Positions 58,284-62,717 of a stretch of DNA of 62,717 nucleotides are shown here, piece by piece. The notes under the pieces were generated by a model. It ran no database searches. It worked only from the letters and a program-made list of their open reading frames with translations, and was not told the DNA's origin. The stretch lies in assembly GCF_000281045.1 (NCBI RefSeq), contig NW_008246088.1, positions 284,974-347,690 of the forward strand, given 5' to 3'. The number at the start of each line of letters is the position of its first letter. Position 1 is the first letter of the stretch. The position numbers and the translations under genes were made by a program. Source of the DNA: Saprolegnia diclina VS20. Its lineage: Eukaryota.

Positions 58284-59717
58284 TGGGTACGATATCAGAT
58301 GTGGGAGGTCGGATGGAGCCGCCACATTGCACGGATCGTAACCGTCCCATGATGGCGCTGTACACAATCAAGTTCGTATCAATCCTTTGTATCAACCGCC
58401 TGGAGCAAAGTGCTTGATGATTGGGAGCATCATTGTACAAGAGACGCTTGGGGTACGGGCATCAGTGCGTTGCTGAATAGCGTATCTTTGAGCTCTTCGT
58501 GCTGTCGACACGAGAATCGAGTGGACTTTCTTACATTGCAGTTACGATCAGTTACGATTTTGACGCAACAGCTGCATCAAGCATTATAGCCCGTAAAAGG
58601 TTAAACAAAGCTACAAGCACTGTTCATGTACAAGGCTGGCGGGTCTGGCGTGCGTCGTCCGACCGTTGCGGGTGTTTGCCTCAAGTAAGCTACGACTTGG
58701 TCTGTCGTGCACGGGATCAGGTAGCGTGAGTCATGGCGGGCGCCCCGTGCGTGAAGAGCGTCTTCTCGTCTGAGGGTGGCGGTCATGGCGTCTTTGGGTC
58801 CATCGTCCTTGAGCTCATGCAAACAGCTCTTGCGGCTTTGTTCTTGGACTCATAACGTTGACGGGTTTGATACTGGGTGTAGTCAAGACCTTGGTGCAGT
58901 GGTTCTCTCGATATCAATTCGCAACTGAATGCAGCTCGTCATTCCTCAACTGAATCAAGTATTGTGAGCACGAGCGTAGTGATACGCTGGTCAACGAAGC
59001 GCCTGCGTTACGAGGTTTGGACGTCAGCTCTTAACGACTAAGACGCTTCGTCTCGATTGCACTTCCACCCATGAGCACAGGACTCGAACACCCTTGCTGC
59101 TCCCACCGTGTTGCTTTCAGAGTGCGTTGGCAAGGCTGTCGGCCGACATCGAAGTCGTATTCAAAAATCGAACTTCGAAGTATCCGGTTGCAGTCGAGAG
59201 CAATGAGATCTGAGGTGGCGTTGCTGCGGGTGTGCAGTCCCAGAACTCGTCCTGAGACCTGATGGGACGTCCATTTGATTTACAAATGTAATGCGAAGGA
59301 GGTTCAAAGCGGAGTGTACTATAGTGTTGACACGTCATTGACCCTTTGAGTCGTAGAGATGATCCACGACCGCACTACTTGCTCGAGTCATTGCGTTCGT
59401 CCGTTGCAAGGGTCTGCCACGTCAAATCGATCATGCTATCACTCAAACTTGTATGTCCTTTGTAAAATGTTGTGCTGCCGTCATTGCGTCCGTCGGTTGC
59501 ACGGGTCTGTCGCGCCACTACATAGCAGGATAGAATACACTGGCAGTGCGACTCCACCCACTGTTTACTCTGGACTGCCCTGCTTTACTGCGGAGTCAAC
59601 ATGAGGTGCACCAGAGCATAGTGTGTTTGCCGAAGCCACGTACCCAGCGTTGACTCCAACTCCAACCCCGACCGACGACGCTCGACCAAACCGTCATCCA
59701 AGCGCCATTTACGTCCA

Positions 59718-60815
59718 ATGCTCGTGCGCACAACGGCTGCATTGGCCGCCGCCTTTGTCATGTTTGCTGTCTACGGCGCCTCGGTCATTGCCCTTGTCGC
59801 CGCTTTCGGCAGCGACCTCCTCGTGTTGCCGAACGCCGTCTCGGTAAGCGTGGTCGTCATCGCCGTGAGCGTCTTCGGTCTCGGGCATCTTGCGTGGACC
59901 CGCAGAGCACCTTCATTGCCGCTTTGCCTCGTCCTCCTCGTGCTCGAGATGGCTTGTTGCAGCGCGCTGCTGATGGCCGCAGTGAACGGCGTCTCGATGA
60001 CCATCAAGGCGACCGAGAAGGCGCCCACGCTCACGGCATACCAGCAACAGATCGAGGCGTTCGTCGCCTCGGTGCCGCATCGGCCGATCGATTTCTACGC
60101 GACGGTTCTGCGCGCAGCAGGCGTGGTGTCCAGTCCCATGCGAGCCCTGACAAGTGACGCGTACCCTCTCGAGGCCGCAAGAGCGTTTGCCGAGGCGTAC
60201 TGTGTGAGCGACCGCACGTGCAGCGACGTGCCGCTCATCGACACCCTACTCTTCTCCGATGTGTGGCCAAATGAAAACGTCATGGCTGGGATCACGCGTG
60301 CCCTCTCGATGAACATGACGGTGACGTCGACGACGACGCTCGAGCGCTTTTGCGCAGACGTGAAGCTACCGCCGATAGTTCTTGAGACCGCTGCGAGGGA
60401 CCACGTGACGTCTTTTATCAGCGATGTTTCGCATCTCTGCGCTGGCTGCGCCGCCCTCACAAAGCTCTCAACCAGCCGATTGTCGGCGTGGATCGACGCG
60501 ACGTGCCCGAGGACAGCGTCATTTGGCGCCTTTTGCATCGACTCTGCCGCCTGCATGGCAGATGGACAAACCACCGGCAGCGGCTGCGCGTCACTCGTCA
60601 AGTCCAAATACTTGCACCCAGCGTACGACGCGTGCTTTGGTCGCACGCTCATGTTGGCAGCGCGCACGTCTGACGCGACGATCGTCATTGGCTCGATGGT
60701 CCTTTTGCTTCTCTCGCTGCTGCTCACGGCGCGGTTGTGGGTGTGCATCGAGACGCACCGACGCACGTCCATGGGCGAGACACGGTGCAGCGTCCAATAT
60801 AGCTTAGACTACTAG
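59718..60815 (+). CDS. Four-TM (tetraspanin-like topology) protein with large Cys-rich extracellular loop
   Basis: Three N-terminal TM helices, about 230-aa loop with 10 Cys, fourth TM near the C-terminus; intronless. Confidence 0.7.
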   Translation: MLVRTTAALAAAFVMFAVYGASVIALVAAFGSDLLVLPNAVSVSVVVIAVSVFGLGHLAWTRRAPSLPLCLVLLVLEMACCSALLMAAVNGVSMTIKATEKAPTLTAYQQQIEAFVASVPHRPIDFYATVLRAAGVVSSPMRALTSDAYPLEAARAFAEAYCVSDRTCSDVPLIDTLLFSDVWPNENVMAGITRALSMNMTVTSTTTLERFCADVKLPPIVLETAARDHVTSFISDVSHLCAGCAALTKLSTSRLSAWIDATCPRTASFGAFCIDSAACMADGQTTGSGCASLVKSKYLHPAYDACFGRTLMLAARTSDATIVIGSMVLLLLSLLLTARLWVCIETHRRTSMGETRCSVQYSLDY

Positions 60816-61062
60816 TTACCGCGTACTAGTATTCGATATAAAGACAAAGAGTACAACATAAACGAGAGTGCAAGCGTTGTACTGGGTATCCCGATTGATG
60901 GGAGCGCAGCGCGGCAACACTCGTCTGGACGCATGGAACCTACCCCTACCCTACCCCCAAGTACACGCCACGGGTCGTTTGGCGCGTTCCCACGGAAAGT
61001 CTAAATCAATGTATACTACTTTGTGCTCATGATAAATAGGTTCCAGTGGCTACGTGAATGAG

Positions 61063-62717
61063 CTACGGTGCCTTGGATCCAAAAGAGCTCATGCGCTGGA
61101 CTTCACCAGCCACATCATAGGCCACTTGCACCGCCGCGAACACGATGGCGGAGACGACGTCGAGGAGCTGCCGTACAATGACCGATGTGACGTGCGCCAC
61201 CGATTCAGCCGTCGTCACTGCCACTTGCCACGTTGCTACCGTGACCGTCGACGCCCAGGCGCCCGCAGACCGCATCGCAGTGTAGACAGCAGAAAGACAA
61301 TCCAACGATGACGCGTAGACTGCTGCAAGGCACGCCATTAGCGACGCGTAGAAGACCGCAAGGAGTGCCTTCACCGACGCATACAGCGCCATCATGGGCG
61401 GCGACGTGCACACATTCTTGCAGACAAGGAGAAGGCGGAAAACAAAATCGAGAAGCCCGACGACAAGGGAGTGCAAACCGCGCCAGAGACGCCAGAACGC
61501 TCGGACGCAGCGGGCGATGATGCGAAGGCTTGTGGCGACAAGAACGTCGAGACATCGCAGGGCCTTGGCGACCAGGCAGCGCCACAGACGCCCGAGTGCG
61601 GTGGCCGTGGCTTTCAAGAGACGCTGGAGGGGGCAGGCGATGCGAGCCAGTACCCGCCGTACCGTGCGACCGACGTAGCGGGCCGTGGTTTGCATCACAC
61701 GTGCGAGCGGACGCAAAATGGCATCGCGCATGAGGAGGAGGAGAATATAGAGCTTGTGATCCAATATGAGGAGCACGGTGCAAGTGATGTCCACGGCTTG
61801 GTAGAGGACGCAGTAGAAACCTTGCAAGAATGGCGAGATGAGCTTTCGAACAAGGATGCTACACACGGTGTAGAGCCGTCGTGGAGCGCGTTGGAGCCAT
61901 GCGTAGGTGCGTTCGAGAACTGTGCAGGCGGCCACCGCGAGCGACTGCAGCCGTGGCAACACGATACGCATGCAGAGATCATAGCCGACGTTGCCAAGCC
62001 AAGCGAGCATCGCCTGCGCGCGGTGGATGAGGGTATGGACGAGGCAAAGTGCGGTGGTTGTCGCCCAGCACCATGCCGAGGCGGTGAGCATCCGAAGGCA
62101 GGCAATAGCTGCTTCGATGCAGCGCTTGACTGCGACGAGTCCGTCGAGCACTTTGTCGGCGCCGGCAGCGAGAACGGGATACGCCGCTTCCGCGACGGTC
62201 AGGATGACTTGTCCAAGTCGACGGAACCGAAGATGGCGAAGGACGCAAAGGCAGCGCCAGATGCCGTCGTAGCAGCATCGTGGGAGACGTTCGGCGAAAA
62301 GAACCGCCGAGAGCAGCCCCGAGAGGCACGAGACGCGGAGGTAGGTGACACCATCCGGAATGATCTCAGCGACTAGGGACAACGAGGTCGTTAGATGAGC
62401 ATTTGGCAGTGTTGTTGTACGTACAAATGTGAAGAAAACATGCTGCGACAGCTCGTATCGTGGCCACCACGGCATCAGCGGTCGCCAGCCCAAAGGCATA
62501 GATGGCCCGAAGAGCGCGCCACGTCTGTCGCACGAGAACACGTGTCCATCGCCACGCGAGATGAATGGACGACAAGAGACCGTTGACGACCCCTCGGACG
62601 AGTGCGTGAAGCAGAATGCAGGCGAGCAAGACCGGCAAAAGCAGCAGGACGAGCACGCGCGTACTCCACTTGGACTGCGCCCCAAAGCTCGCCGAGACGA
62701 ATGGCGCGACGACCTTG
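61063..62717 (-). CDS. Long hydrophobic amphipathic-helical membrane-associated protein (5' end beyond window)
   Basis: ORF 61063-62685 plus upstream exon 62366-62656 (KWSTRVLVLLLLPVLL..); Leu/Val/Ala/Cys/Arg-rich with no recognisable catalytic motif. Confidence 0.6.
   Translation of the reverse strand, partial: RSSRHSSRRALGRSPSGVRACSSCCFCRSCSPAFCFTHSSEGSSTVSCRPFISRGDGHVFSCDRRGALFGPSMPLGWRPLMPWWPRYELSQHVFFTFVRTTTLPNAHLTTSLSLVAEIIPDGVTYLRVSCLSGLLSAVLFAERLPRCCYDGIWRCLCVLRHLRFRRLGQVILTVAEAAYPVLAAGADKVLDGLVAVKRCIEAAIACLRMLTASAWCWATTTALCLVHTLIHRAQAMLAWLGNVGYDLCMRIVLPRLQSLAVAACTVLERTYAWLQRAPRRLYTVCSILVRKLISPFLQGFYCVLYQAVDITCTVLLILDHKLYILLLLMRDAILRPLARVMQTTARYVGRTVRRVLARIACPLQRLLKATATALGRLWRCLVAKALRCLDVLVATSLRIIARCVRAFWRLWRGLHSLVVGLLDFVFRLLLVCKNVCTSPPMMALYASVKALLAVFYASLMACLAAVYASSLDCLSAVYTAMRSAGAWASTVTVATWQVAVTTAESVAHVTSVIVRQLLDVVSAIVFAAVQVAYDVAGEVQRMSSFGSKAP

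Noticed and set aside
60939..60958. CCTACCC-like run resembling a telomeric seed
   Set aside because: The unit does not match TTTAGGG or TTAGGG and there are only about 3 imperfect copies
1..62717. Many long antisense or alternate-frame ORFs (e.g. 14214-15734 +, 16255-17415 +, 29547-30533 +, 44278-45267 -)
   Set aside because: They are shadows of real genes produced by strong GC3 codon bias and carry no independent motifs
1..62717. Apparent frameshifts or internal stops in COX15, 2OG oxygenase, channels, DUF3228 and others
   Set aside because: Where I checked, short GT-AG introns restore the frame, so there is no need to invoke recoding or pseudogenes

Overview
Gene-dense, GC-rich eukaryotic genomic DNA with many short (about 45-55 nt) GT-AG introns. 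Gene content (a polycystin-RyR-domain channel, an M96-like bZIP/START protein, GC[ST]xxAMD-type ankyrin repeats) points to an oomycete, most likely Saprolegniales; this is an inference. I can support about 29 protein-coding genes, two identical tRNA-Ala(UGC) genes in inverted orientation, and one truncated Tc1/mariner transposase. There is no rRNA or CRISPR array. Exon boundaries were read by eye and are approximate. Main points of interest: (1) a very large protein combining SH3b-like domains, about 8 D[DE]RP[ILP] repeats, a HEAT/TOG-like helical region, KPW repeats and a Ser/Pro/basic tail, possibly an undescribed microtubule or ciliary regulator; (2) an ankyrin-TRP channel and a PKD2-RyR (PKDRR) channel in tandem about 180 bp apart; (3) three MAIP1/Tim44-like mitochondrial paralogs interrupted by a DUF3228 gene and abutting a tRNA; (4) an intronless hemerythrin; (5) an N-formylglutamate amidohydrolase fusion; (6) a BAR-PH-VASt protein with no membrane anchor.
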